The position numbers were made by a program, and so were the translations under genes. A stretch of 64,000 bases of DNA, taken from IMG/VR virus record IMGVR_UViG_3300023296_000874, positions 186,001 through 250,000 of that record; one strand, 5' to 3'. The notes beneath the pieces are model-generated. The model was not told the DNA's origin and searched no databases. It saw nothing but the letters and a program-made list of their open reading frames with translations. Below, piece by piece: positions 26,487 through 34,839 of the stretch (within the stretch, counting starts at the first letter, position 1; each line of letters starts with the position of its first letter).

Positions 26487-27578
26487 TTATCCTGTATGTG
26501 TAAGTGCTTCGGCAATCGCGAAGATCTCATCTACGAGTCCTACGTGGTTGTCGAGCTGTAGTCCCATGGCCTTGAGGCGGCGGGACGGTCCATCTCTCTT
26601 CACAATCTGAGCACCCGCACTTGCCGCACGGTTGTAGAACGTGTCTGAGGATGCTTTCTTGCGCTGAAGAGCGTAGTTCAGAAACAGGTCAGAGCAGGCG
26701 TATACATGCTTGCAGACACGGTTCTGATTGCCAGGGTCCTTCACGGTAGGAGCAGCTCCGTTGGAGCGCGGCTTCCTGTCGAGGTACCCATGTCGTGCGG
26801 CGTGGTGGTCAGGTCCCTGCCACTTCCAGAAGTTGCACGAGCAGCCCATCTTGAGATCGAGCTTCGGAACGTACTGAGCAGAGCTACCCTTGGGCTTCGC
26901 AGCCTTGAGGTGAACCGTGTGGGAGTCACTGGACCCGGAGCTCTGTACCTTGAAGGTCCAGCGCCCCTGAGCCGGGTTGGCCTTTATGAGCCGAACCTTA
27001 CAGTCACGAGAGGATTGTACGATGGTGCTCTTGAGTCCCGCGATGATCCCGTCCCACCGCATCGCTACCTTTCCAGCCCGGCGAGCTTGGTAACTCATCA
27101 GAACTGGGTCGTAGTCTGCCATGAGCATCGCGGCACGAGCATCGCGTCGGTTCGATTGGTTGGCGAGGTCCCGCTCGTATTCGTCACTGGTCAAGGGCAC
27201 ACGCAACCGGGGCTGGTGTTCGATGGGGTCGTCTTGGTAGTTCTTCTGAGTGATCTCAGTCTCATCCTTACCTGACATACCCTGGTCTTTCCCAATGTCG
27301 TTCGCGTTGTCAATCCGCCAGATGGACTCGTCCTCGTTGTGAGGCTCCTCCTTCTGGTTTGGGTGCGTGAATGTTTGTGTCTCGGGCGACATGAACAGAT
27401 GTGCGTCGCTTGCAAGAGGCCGGAACCCCTCCACCTGCGAAGCGATCTCCGCAGGCAGGAGGTGAACCGAACGTGTTGCAGGCGGCATGGCCTCCATGAA
27501 CTCGTCCATTGTCCCGAAGACGTCTTGTCTTTGGAACTCGGTCCATGCGGACTCAGAGATGTGAAGGTCGTCTGCCAT
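26487..27578 (-). CDS. SWIM zinc-finger protein with acidic N-terminus
   Basis: HTVHL...GCSCNFWKWQG ... VCKHVYA. Confidence 0.7.
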   Translation of the reverse strand: MADDLHISESAWTEFQRQDVFGTMDEFMEAMPPATRSVHLLPAEIASQVEGFRPLASDAHLFMSPETQTFTHPNQKEEPHNEDESIWRIDNANDIGKDQGMSGKDETEITQKNYQDDPIEHQPRLRVPLTSDEYERDLANQSNRRDARAAMLMADYDPVLMSYQARRAGKVAMRWDGIIAGLKSTIVQSSRDCKVRLIKANPAQGRWTFKVQSSGSSDSHTVHLKAAKPKGSSAQYVPKLDLKMGCSCNFWKWQGPDHHAARHGYLDRKPRSNGAAPTVKDPGNQNRVCKHVYACSDLFLNYALQRKKASSDTFYNRAASAGAQIVKRDGPSRRLKAMGLQLDNHVGLVDEIFAIAEALTHTG

Positions 27579-27593
27579 GCTCTCTACCCCAAC

Positions 27594-27761
27594 TCAGTCG
27601 GTGCTGATCTTCTTCTCGGGGCGACCCTTGTCCTTGGTGTTCGCTGCCGTGTCGGAGTTGGGGGTGACGAAGCGTCCAGCGGTGTGACCGTTCTGAACGC
27701 GAACAGGCTTGGCCTGGCCGGGCGTGTTGCTTGCCAGTCCCATGCAGTTTGTACGTGCCAT
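27594..27761 (-). CDS. Small hypothetical protein (55 aa, below the ORF-track cutoff)
   Basis: MARTNCMGLASNTPGQAK...KKISTD; GAGG RBS; fills the gap exactly. Confidence 0.55.
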   Translation of the reverse strand: MARTNCMGLASNTPGQAKPVRVQNGHTAGRFVTPNSDTAANTKDKGRPEKKISTD

Positions 27762-27800
27762 GATAGTATCCTCTCAGGTGGTGTTGAAGCTACTGGTGTA

Positions 27801-28400
27801 TCAGCTTGTTGTTGCGGTCATGGAGGGGAACCCGTTGGTGTCTTCAGCGAACAAGCCGCCTTCAAGCACGGTGCGTCCACCCCAGTTTCCATTGGCGATT
27901 GTAGTTGAGATCGCGTAGGAGTTTGCATCCGAACCCTTGAGGTCACCCTCAACGAGCATGGTGTCCCCCGCTCCCGCAGTAGCAATCACCTCGCCGGGTG
28001 TGGTCGTCAGAGCTGCATACACAGCACCCGCGCCAGCACCCAACCGAATCGCAGCGATCAGGTTGTCCAAAGAGTCCGAAGCAGAAGCTCCGATCAGGAC
28101 GTTGCCGTCTACGTTCGTGAGTGACGTCTGGAAGGTCCACGTCTTCGAAGCCACGGTGATGGTCTGCGTGTCAGCAGGCTGTCCCGTGAGTGTGAAGGTC
28201 GCGGCGGCATCTACCACAACAGAGCCAGCAGTCTCACGGGCAGTCACCGCATCTGATGCGGAATCCCCCGATAGCTCCTGGCTGATGCTCCCCGTCTGAG
28301 TAGGCACGCCATTGGAGGAGTTGAACTCCTTCCGCTGACTGACATAGACCGACCCAGAGAAGGTCAGAAGCTGTACTCTCTGTCCAGTTGGCTGGCCCAT
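27801..28400 (-). CDS. Putative structural protein
   Basis: ATFTLTGQPADTQTITV..TWTF...GNVLIGAS..SLDNLIAAI module typical of phage sheath/structural proteins; AGGAG RBS. Confidence 0.55.
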   Translation of the reverse strand: MGQPTGQRVQLLTFSGSVYVSQRKEFNSSNGVPTQTGSISQELSGDSASDAVTARETAGSVVVDAAATFTLTGQPADTQTITVASKTWTFQTSLTNVDGNVLIGASASDSLDNLIAAIRLGAGAGAVYAALTTTPGEVIATAGAGDTMLVEGDLKGSDANSYAISTTIANGNWGGRTVLEGGLFAEDTNGFPSMTATTS

Positions 28401-28409
28401 GTCTCACTC

Positions 28410-29474
28410 CTACTTGAAGGTCACATCCGGAAAGTTCTTCTCGAGCTGAGTCTGGAAGCTCTCCGTGCTCTTGGCGTACACGGCAGTCAGGCGGGTCGGG
28501 TTGGTGCTGTTTGCCTTGCACCAATCGAGCCGCTTGCGCCAGTGCGCCTCATGCGGGAAGCCGTCAGGGTATCCGAACTCGTTCAAACCATCGGAATCAG
28601 GTTCACCTTCCGTGGCTACGGAAGCTGTGCGCGCCTTGGAAGCCGCAGTAGGAGCTTGGCCTGCTCTCTTGGCGAGAGCAAGACGGATGTCATCAGCAAG
28701 TGCTGCGGCATCCTCCTCAGTGTGCTCTTCGTTGACGCGGCTGTCCGCAATCGCCCTACGCTCCTCAACTGCCGCCGTCTTGAGACGTGCCTTGCGGTCA
28801 TCCAGGCTCTCGATCTTCGCCACAACCACGCCTTCGCTCTGGTCGCTGATGATCGCCATGCCACCACCGGTCACCTTGGGGCCAAAGCCCTCAGCCTTCA
28901 TGGCTTGGTCGATGGCGGTCTTCATCTTGTCACCCGCAACGGCTACCTTCTCGGTCTCCTGCTGCGCCTTCAGTGCCTCGGCCTCTTCGGCGGCTACTAC
29001 TGAGCGTCGTACCGGGATCGTGCGGATGTTGGCCTTGCCTACAACCCTCTGCTCCTCGGTGATGATGCGGGGCTTGGTGGTTGCTGCCGTCGTCTTGGCA
29101 GTCTCTTCAGTGCTCTTGCGGTTGCGGCCATTCACCTTCTCGGGGAGGCGGATGGTGGCTACGATCATGTCGTCGTGGTCTTCTACGATCACGGGCATGG
29201 TCGGCTGCTGGGGTGCCTTGGGGGCCGAGGCAGCGGGTACGAAGTCCTGCGTGCCGTCATCCTCAACGATGAGCCCTGCGCGGTTGAGCATCGAGAAGCC
29301 GGACACCTGATGGGTGGTTCCGTCCTTGAGTCGCGTCATGGACCCACCGTCGAAGGTGAGTCGCTCGCCCGCTGTGAGGTTCTGGACGATCTCGCCCATG
29401 TGGAAGTTCCTCATTACCACGTATTCATTCTGCATGTGTGTCTCCTGGTTGGTTGGGAGGACCGGTGCGTACAC
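28410..29474 (-). CDS. Hypothetical late protein (alternative start 29435)
   Basis: Late motif upstream; two RBS-backed starts. Confidence 0.6.
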   Translation of the reverse strand: MYAPVLPTNQETHMQNEYVVMRNFHMGEIVQNLTAGERLTFDGGSMTRLKDGTTHQVSGFSMLNRAGLIVEDDGTQDFVPAASAPKAPQQPTMPVIVEDHDDMIVATIRLPEKVNGRNRKSTEETAKTTAATTKPRIITEEQRVVGKANIRTIPVRRSVVAAEEAEALKAQQETEKVAVAGDKMKTAIDQAMKAEGFGPKVTGGGMAIISDQSEGVVVAKIESLDDRKARLKTAAVEERRAIADSRVNEEHTEEDAAALADDIRLALAKRAGQAPTAASKARTASVATEGEPDSDGLNEFGYPDGFPHEAHWRKRLDWCKANSTNPTRLTAVYAKSTESFQTQLEKNFPDVTFK

Positions 29475-29492
29475 CTTCTCTCTCCAGGAGAG

Positions 29493-29508
29493 CTACAAGT
29501 GGATTATG
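29493..29508 (-). promoter_or_regulatory. Conserved 16-bp motif (putative late promoter)
   Basis: ctacaagtggattatg; contains the TAA stop of 29504..29728. Confidence 0.7.
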
Positions 29509-29728
29509 AGTCCCTCTGCTCGGACGGCAGGAGTTTCAGCGGAGAATGCGCAAAAACTGGAGTCTCGGCGGTTCTATCCGCTCTGACTTGCCGGAGCTGA
29601 TCTGGCGTCAAGTGGCTGTCTTCGGTCACCAGAAAGAGCGGTGCCGGTGTGGTGTCGTAGGCTGAACAGATGCTCAAAACCTCATCCACGTCAGCGTCAC
29701 TGAGCACTACAAGTTCAAAACGGTCCAT
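29504..29728 (-). CDS. Small hypothetical protein
   Basis: AAGGAGG RBS. Confidence 0.55.
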   Translation of the reverse strand: MDRFELVVLSDADVDEVLSICSAYDTTPAPLFLVTEDSHLTPDQLRQVRADRTAETPVFAHSPLKLLPSEQRDS

Positions 29729-29753
29729 GCAGGCCTCCTTCCCTTGAAGTACC

Positions 29754-29769
29754 CTACAAACAGACCATG
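29754..29769 (-). promoter_or_regulatory. Weak copy of the 16-bp motif
   Basis: ctacaaacagaccatg, 26 nt upstream of 29728. Confidence 0.4.
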
Positions 29770-29773
29770 AGAA

Positions 29774-30220
29774 CTACTCGACGGTCATGGGGACCATGTC
29801 TTCCACAGCCTCAAGTCCGAAGTTCGGGCTGGGGATGGTGCCGATCATGCGCAGGAAGTCGTCGTCCACGTTCATGAGCACAACCATCGCAATCCCGTTG
29901 GCCGGGTCGTAGGAAGCCTGGATGCATGGTACGAACCCTACGCCCTGAGCCTCTACCTGTCCGCTCTCGTGAATGGCAGCGAAGAGCTTGTCAGCCTCCG
30001 CGATCATCAGAGAAGGATCCTCTACACGGATTGCAACATTGGGGAAGGGTAGGGCACAGCCATCGTCCTCATCCAAGTCAGGGAGCTCAGGGGCCAGGAA
30101 GTTGTTCGGGTCGTCATCGAACTTCGTCGCTCCGTCTCCCGAGTCGCAGGTGGTGAAACCCAGGCTGGTCAGCCAGCGGACAGTCTCACGGATTCCGGGG
30201 TCAAGTTCGTCGTAGTTCAT
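29774..30220 (-). CDS. Hypothetical protein
   Basis: MNYDELDPGIRETVRWL..GFTTCDSGDG; ATGA overlap with the NUDIX stop. Confidence 0.6.
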   Translation of the reverse strand: MNYDELDPGIRETVRWLTSLGFTTCDSGDGATKFDDDPNNFLAPELPDLDEDDGCALPFPNVAIRVEDPSLMIAEADKLFAAIHESGQVEAQGVGFVPCIQASYDPANGIAMVVLMNVDDDFLRMIGTIPSPNFGLEAVEDMVPMTVE

Positions 30221-30612
30221 AGCAGTTCCTTCAGGCGCGGCAGTTGTAGAGAGGGCATACGAGTCAGGCACCCAAGCGCACGCGGGTACATCCATCGGTA
30301 TTGCTTGTGAACGCTAAGGACGGGCGTGACAGGCGTTGAGACCTCCACCCTGTAGGTGCGTGCAAGGAAGGGAATGCCGTCCTCCTCGAGAGTGAACTCG
30401 TCCTCCCACAACAGCTCGTGAACCGTTGGTGTGAGTTCGAGTTCTTCTTGCCACTCGCGGATGAGAGCGTCTTGGTCTGTTTCACCACGCTCAACCTTTC
30501 CGCCTGGGAACTCCCATTTGCCAGCATGAACCCCATAGCCGCGCTCGGCTACAAAGAACTTGCCGGAACGGTCCCACATGGCTCCGATGACGACTACGAT
30601 TGGATCACTCAT
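30217..30612 (-). CDS. MutT-like NUDIX hydrolase (8-oxo-dGTPase-like)
   Basis: WEFPGGKVERGETDQDALIREWQEEL. Confidence 0.85.
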   Translation of the reverse strand: MSDPIVVVIGAMWDRSGKFFVAERGYGVHAGKWEFPGGKVERGETDQDALIREWQEELELTPTVHELLWEDEFTLEEDGIPFLARTYRVEVSTPVTPVLSVHKQYRWMYPRALGCLTRMPSLQLPRLKELL

Positions 30613-30663
30613 GTGTCCTGTAACGTGTAGGTCCCTTGAATAAGGGCTTTCACCCTTCTCGAG

Positions 30664-31326
30664 CTACCTGACGTCGGCAGCCCGGCTGATCACCTTGACG
30701 ATGGCAGCAGCGTCGAGCCAGCGGGAGCTGCGGTCAGAGGGACGCCGTGCGCGCAATCCGTGGTAGTAGCTCATGAGATCGGCAGTCTCCTTCCGAGCTT
30801 CGATGCGGTCGAGGTACTGCTGCTTCCCACGCTCGTTACCCTTGAAGCGGTCGATGCCTACCTTGCCTGTCCTGTAGTTGGTACCCGTCACGATTTCGTG
30901 GGCGGTAGTGCTGCGGTAGCGGTAGGCAATCACGTCCCCAACCTTGATGTCGAAGTGGTCGAGTGCGGCTACACCGTCAGCCACACGCTCCGCAGCCTTC
31001 TCTTCGCGAGCAAGCTCACGGGCCTTGGATTCGTCCTGCTTCTTCTTGGTGCCCTTGCCGCCCCGGCCTCGGCTTACCAGCTCAAGGAAGCGGAGCTCGC
31101 TGTACTTGCCCTTCTTGAAGCTCCCAGAGTAGTCTCCTCCATCATCGGTGGTCATCTTGATGATGTGGGGCTTGGTACGAGCGCGGTAGCTGAACTCGTA
31201 GGAGACAATGACGCCCGGCTTCCAACCCTTGCGCGTCTGGATCTTGACCTTGTCGCCTGGCTTGATGGTTTCAACGTCGCGTGCGGACGTCTTGCTCAGG
31301 TCCTTGATCTCGTTGGAGACGGGCAT
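30664..31326 (-). CDS. Hypothetical protein with two SH3/KOW-like beta modules
   Basis: IKPGDKVKI.. and IKVGDVI.. ; GAGG RBS before ATG 31326. Confidence 0.55.
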   Translation of the reverse strand: MPVSNEIKDLSKTSARDVETIKPGDKVKIQTRKGWKPGVIVSYEFSYRARTKPHIIKMTTDDGGDYSGSFKKGKYSELRFLELVSRGRGGKGTKKKQDESKARELAREEKAAERVADGVAALDHFDIKVGDVIAYRYRSTTAHEIVTGTNYRTGKVGIDRFKGNERGKQQYLDRIEARKETADLMSYYHGLRARRPSDRSSRWLDAAAIVKVISRAADVR

Positions 31327-31381
31327 GTGTACCTCGAATGGGGAGTGCGCTGGAGTGAGTTCCGTGTTCCAACAACGCATC

Positions 31382-31397
31382 TTACAAACGGATTATT
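31382..31397 (-). promoter_or_regulatory. Conserved 16-bp motif (putative late promoter)
   Basis: ttacaaacggattatt, 56 nt upstream of 31326. Confidence 0.6.
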
Positions 31398-31479
31398 AGA
31401 TACGAAATCGCACGAATTGACGCTCGGACACGTTACAAGACTTGTAGCTGTGCTCTTTGACATACACGCAGGGATCAGG

Positions 31480-31513
31480 AACAACTCAACCCGGCCATGT
31501 TGCCATAGCCGGG
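31480..31513 (-). terminator. Intrinsic terminator downstream of the major capsid gene
   Basis: Minus strand cccggcuaug-GCAA-cauggccggg followed by uugaguuguu. Confidence 0.7.
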
Positions 31514-31566
31514 CGAAGTGTCGAGCAGCCCGCAGGCTACCCACTGCCGCCCCGAAGGGCGCTTGA

Positions 31567-32460
31567 TCAGCGGGTGATGCTCAGGCGGGTGAGGCCACGG
31601 GGGTTGAAAGCACCGATGCCGAGGTTCTCGAAGACGCTGAACCCGATGGTCCGGTTCTTCGGGTCGTCAGCACTGAGCACCGTGAGCTCGGTACGCACCG
31701 GGATGCGTCCGAAGTACTCAGGCTCGCAACACACGTACACGGTACCTGCGCTCACGAGTCGAGTCACGATGATCTGGGCTCCCCAGAGGTTCGCCTGGAG
31801 TCCGGTGCGCAGCAGTGCTGCCTGGCTCTCCATGTCGAGTACATCTCGGCCCCACTTACGGATGTCCGTGAAGTCGCGGGCGTTGATGAACACTCGAGCA
31901 ACGCGAAGGTCGTGTGCTTCGATCAGCGAGAAGGCGTCAGCCATCACGCTTGGAGTGATCGGAGCGGTGACGGTCACGTCAGCGTTCGTCTGGCCAGCCA
32001 GGTCGTCGAAGCCGGATACCGCAATGGCATCGAGCACCTGGAAGACGCGGGTGTCTTCCTCAACCTGAATGGCAACCTTCGCCAGGTCCTGGGCGCGTTC
32101 GATCAGATCGAAACGACGCTCCTTGATCTGGGTCAGGGGGATCTCGGGGTTGGTGGCGATCTCAAAGAGGGGGAAGATCACACGGCGCGGCTTGGTGATC
32201 GCGAGAATGTTCTCGCCTTCCTCACCAATGACGTACGCGGTCACGTCCGGGTCCTTGTCGTAGATCGGCAGTGCGCCGTCGGGGAGCTGCTCCACCAGGA
32301 AGGTCTTGCGGCCTACCGAGGTGTAGTCGCGCCGAGTACGGAGCGGCTGGATCATGGAAGCTGCCAGACGCTGCCTTCCGGCAGCAGTCTTGAGAAGCTC
32401 CGAGATCACCTGCTGCTTGGTAGCGTTGCTGATCTCTGGGTTCTGGGTGTTCACAGGCAT
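31567..32460 (-). CDS. Major capsid protein (HK97 fold)
   Basis: 297 aa; GRQRLAASMIQPLR..RDY..VGRK..LVEQLP.GALP.YD, PLFEIATNP, EED..VF; recalled resemblance to BpSp-like jumbo-phage MCPs; follows protease/scaffold/decoration. Confidence 0.9.
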   Translation of the reverse strand: MPVNTQNPEISNATKQQVISELLKTAAGRQRLAASMIQPLRTRRDYTSVGRKTFLVEQLPDGALPIYDKDPDVTAYVIGEEGENILAITKPRRVIFPLFEIATNPEIPLTQIKERRFDLIERAQDLAKVAIQVEEDTRVFQVLDAIAVSGFDDLAGQTNADVTVTAPITPSVMADAFSLIEAHDLRVARVFINARDFTDIRKWGRDVLDMESQAALLRTGLQANLWGAQIIVTRLVSAGTVYVCCEPEYFGRIPVRTELTVLSADDPKNRTIGFSVFENLGIGAFNPRGLTRLSITR

Positions 32461-32469
32461 GTCATCTCC

Positions 32470-33090
32470 TCAGATGCGAAGGTCGATCACCATGAAGGCG
32501 TCGGCCGAAGAAGGGGCCTGGAGCACAACGCCAATGACGGTGGCTTCGAGCACGGAGAATCCACCACTTACGTTCTCGTAAGTGTCTTCTGGAATTCCGG
32601 TCAGGATGCCGTTGTCAGATGCGTAGAGCCTCATGCCAGCGGTGTAGGTGATGGTGGCGTCGATCGCGACGGCAGTACCGTCGCTCAAAGTTCCACCGAG
32701 GGTCGAGACGTCCTCGTAGAGGTCCACCTTGTAGGTGCCTCCGCTGCAGACGTATGGTCCCTTCCCGCTGGCAATACCTGGAGTGTTCTCGTAGGCGTTG
32801 CCGACCGCGTCATTGATGAACAGTCCGAGCGGTACGTTTGCACCTGCCTCAGTCACAGCGGCACCTGCGGATGTGTATCCGGGTCCTCCGATGTAGTTCG
32901 ATCCGACGTCGGGTCGCGTGAAGGCTACAGATCCCCCGAGAACGCCGCTTGTGTTCACCTGGTTGGCCCAGGTAGTAGCGGTGTTCGCGGTATCAGCAGT
33001 AGGGCTCGAAGGGTTACTCTGAGTAAACGAATCCTCAGTAAGTACGCCCCAGGAGTTCCGGTGACCTGGGTATCTAATGTCCAGTGCCAT
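32470..33090 (-). CDS. Head decoration / capsid cement protein
   Basis: Between scaffold and MCP; PLGLFINDA, G..LYAS.NGILT, VIGVVL..P pattern. Confidence 0.7.
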   Translation of the reverse strand: MALDIRYPGHRNSWGVLTEDSFTQSNPSSPTADTANTATTWANQVNTSGVLGGSVAFTRPDVGSNYIGGPGYTSAGAAVTEAGANVPLGLFINDAVGNAYENTPGIASGKGPYVCSGGTYKVDLYEDVSTLGGTLSDGTAVAIDATITYTAGMRLYASDNGILTGIPEDTYENVSGGFSVLEATVIGVVLQAPSSADAFMVIDLRI

Positions 33091-33150
33091 GTTATTGCTC
33101 CGAATGGGTTGAAAGCCTTTATAGGTTTTACGAAAACACTTATGTGTCGT

Positions 33151-33168
33151 GCCCTGCTTGCGCGGGGC
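33151..33168 (-). terminator. GCAA-tetraloop hairpin after the scaffold gene
   Basis: Minus strand gccccgc-GCAA-gcagggc (one mismatch). Confidence 0.4.
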
Positions 33169-33188
33169 AAAGTCTGATCAGCTCAGGA

Positions 33189-34415
33189 TCAGCGGAAGTC
33201 CCCACTCACGTCGGGATCGCTCTTCCAGAGCTTGCTGAGGTCGCCAAGTCCGTTCTCGGATGCTGTCTTGGAAACGCCACCCAGCTTGGCTACGCCGCGC
33301 TTGGGTGCGGAAGCAGTCTTGCCTGCCTCAGCGGATGCGAAGATGTCGTTCAGCATGTCGCCCTCGGGGAGGGTGTCCATTGCCGGAGGAGTCAGCTCAA
33401 TCTCGAGGCCGGAGTCCAGAAGCGGGGTGGCAACCACCTCGGCGGCGAGGGCGTCGGCAGTGGCGTCGGCAGCTACGGAAGCTTCCTTGTCCTCACCCTT
33501 GTCCTCTTCCTTCTCGTCCTTGTCGTCGTCCTTGTCATCCTTGTCGTCGTCCTCGTCATCGGAGGCAACGGTCAGGGTGTCAAGTCCAGCGGTCAGGGCG
33601 GCAAGGCGGTCCTCTACGGATGCCTCCTTGCTCTCTTCCTCTTCCTTCTCGTCCTCGTCGTCGCCAGCACCCTTCTCGAGGGTCGCAAGGCGAGCCTCAA
33701 GAGCGGCAATCACGTCGCCGTGTGCAGAGGCGTCAGAGGCGCTCTTGATGGAGTCGAGCTCGGTACGGAGGGTGTTCAGGGCGGAAGCTTCCTTGCCGTC
33801 CTCTTCCTTCTCGTCCTTCTCGTCGTCGGTGGCTACAACGGCAGAAGCTTCCTTCTTGTCGTCGCCCTCGTCCTCATCCTTCTTGCCCTTCTGGTGCTTC
33901 TTGAAGGCATCGGGCACTTCACCCGCACCAACGATGCGAGCAATGGTAGCGTCGAGGCTACCGGGTCCCATGTTCATGAAGTCGCGAGCCTGGTTCTGGA
34001 TGAACCCTTCGTCGCCTTCGGGGAACATGGCGTGTGCCAGGTGGAGAGCCTTGTGGGCCAGCTTGCGGGCACCCTCAAAAGCTGCCTGCCGGTCGGCAGA
34101 AGCCTGCTTGAGCGCCTCGTCTGCTGCAGCCTTGTCATAGGAGGGCGGGATCTGCTCCCGGTCCTTCCATGTGCTGTCCAGGAAGTTGCCAAGGCCAACC
34201 TCGTTCCGTCCCTTCTCGTACTCCTGCTTCCAGGTGTCGACGGGCTGAACATCTTCTGCCCAGGAACTCGGGTTGCCATTCTCGTAGTGCGTCACAGAGG
34301 GCTCAGATCCAGGGCGTCGCTCCTGATTCATGAGGTAAGGGTCAGCCGACTTCCCAAAAGAGCCGGTCTTGGGGTTGTAGCCCCGCTCCGTGAGCCGCGT
34401 GCGTGTGTCGGCCAT
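33189..34415 (-). CDS. Capsid scaffolding/core protein (acidic, repetitive)
   Basis: D/E/K low-complexity tracts with coiled coils; 8 KxAS motifs; lies between protease and MCP. Confidence 0.75.
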   Translation of the reverse strand: MADTRTRLTERGYNPKTGSFGKSADPYLMNQERRPGSEPSVTHYENGNPSSWAEDVQPVDTWKQEYEKGRNEVGLGNFLDSTWKDREQIPPSYDKAAADEALKQASADRQAAFEGARKLAHKALHLAHAMFPEGDEGFIQNQARDFMNMGPGSLDATIARIVGAGEVPDAFKKHQKGKKDEDEGDDKKEASAVVATDDEKDEKEEDGKEASALNTLRTELDSIKSASDASAHGDVIAALEARLATLEKGAGDDEDEKEEEESKEASVEDRLAALTAGLDTLTVASDDEDDDKDDKDDDKDEKEEDKGEDKEASVAADATADALAAEVVATPLLDSGLEIELTPPAMDTLPEGDMLNDIFASAEAGKTASAPKRGVAKLGGVSKTASENGLGDLSKLWKSDPDVSGDFR

Positions 34416-34457
34416 GATATTTGCCTCCGAAAGGTTGTCCAACTCGGACGATAGGGG

Positions 34458-34473
34458 CTACAAAAGGATTATG
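34458..34473 (-). promoter_or_regulatory. Conserved 16-bp motif (consensus copy)
   Basis: ctacaaaaggattatg, 43 nt upstream of 34415. Confidence 0.75.
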
Positions 34474-34509
34474 AGAGTCTCGAGAGGAGATGGAGTGCAG
34501 CCCAGTACT

Positions 34510-34839
34510 TCATCTCTTCTTCATCCACGGGTACTTTCTATGTACCCCTCTGCTGCGCTGTCGCTTTCTGTATCTCTTAGTCGAAGGCTTGCGCTCAATA
34601 CGCTCCCGCCTACGCTTGTACTTCTTGCCCGCTGGTGTACGCGTCCATCGCCTGCGCTTTCTGCGCTCGTTCGACGGCTTGCGACGCCAGCGTGTCTTCC
34701 TCCGAATGCCACGGCGCTTGCCTGCATCGGATCGAGGTTTCTTTGCCGTCACATCGCTCGCCAACTCCATCATTTCCGTGCCCAGCTCGATGCTGTGCAT
34801 GGCAAGACGGATGGCGAGGCTGGTCAGGCATACTTTCAC
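34510..34839 (-). CDS. Protamine-like very basic protein
   Basis: 41 of the last 77 residues are K/R; GTG overlaps the protease TGA; fills the gap to the next promoter. Confidence 0.6.
   Translation of the reverse strand: MKVCLTSLAIRLAMHSIELGTEMMELASDVTAKKPRSDAGKRRGIRRKTRWRRKPSNERRKRRRWTRTPAGKKYKRRRERIERKPSTKRYRKRQRSRGVHRKYPWMKKR

Noticed and set aside
33480-33890. Repeated gcttccttg / cttctcgtc units
   Set aside because: They encode the KEAS and D/E/K tracts of the scaffold; this is a protein-level signal, not a DNA repeat element.
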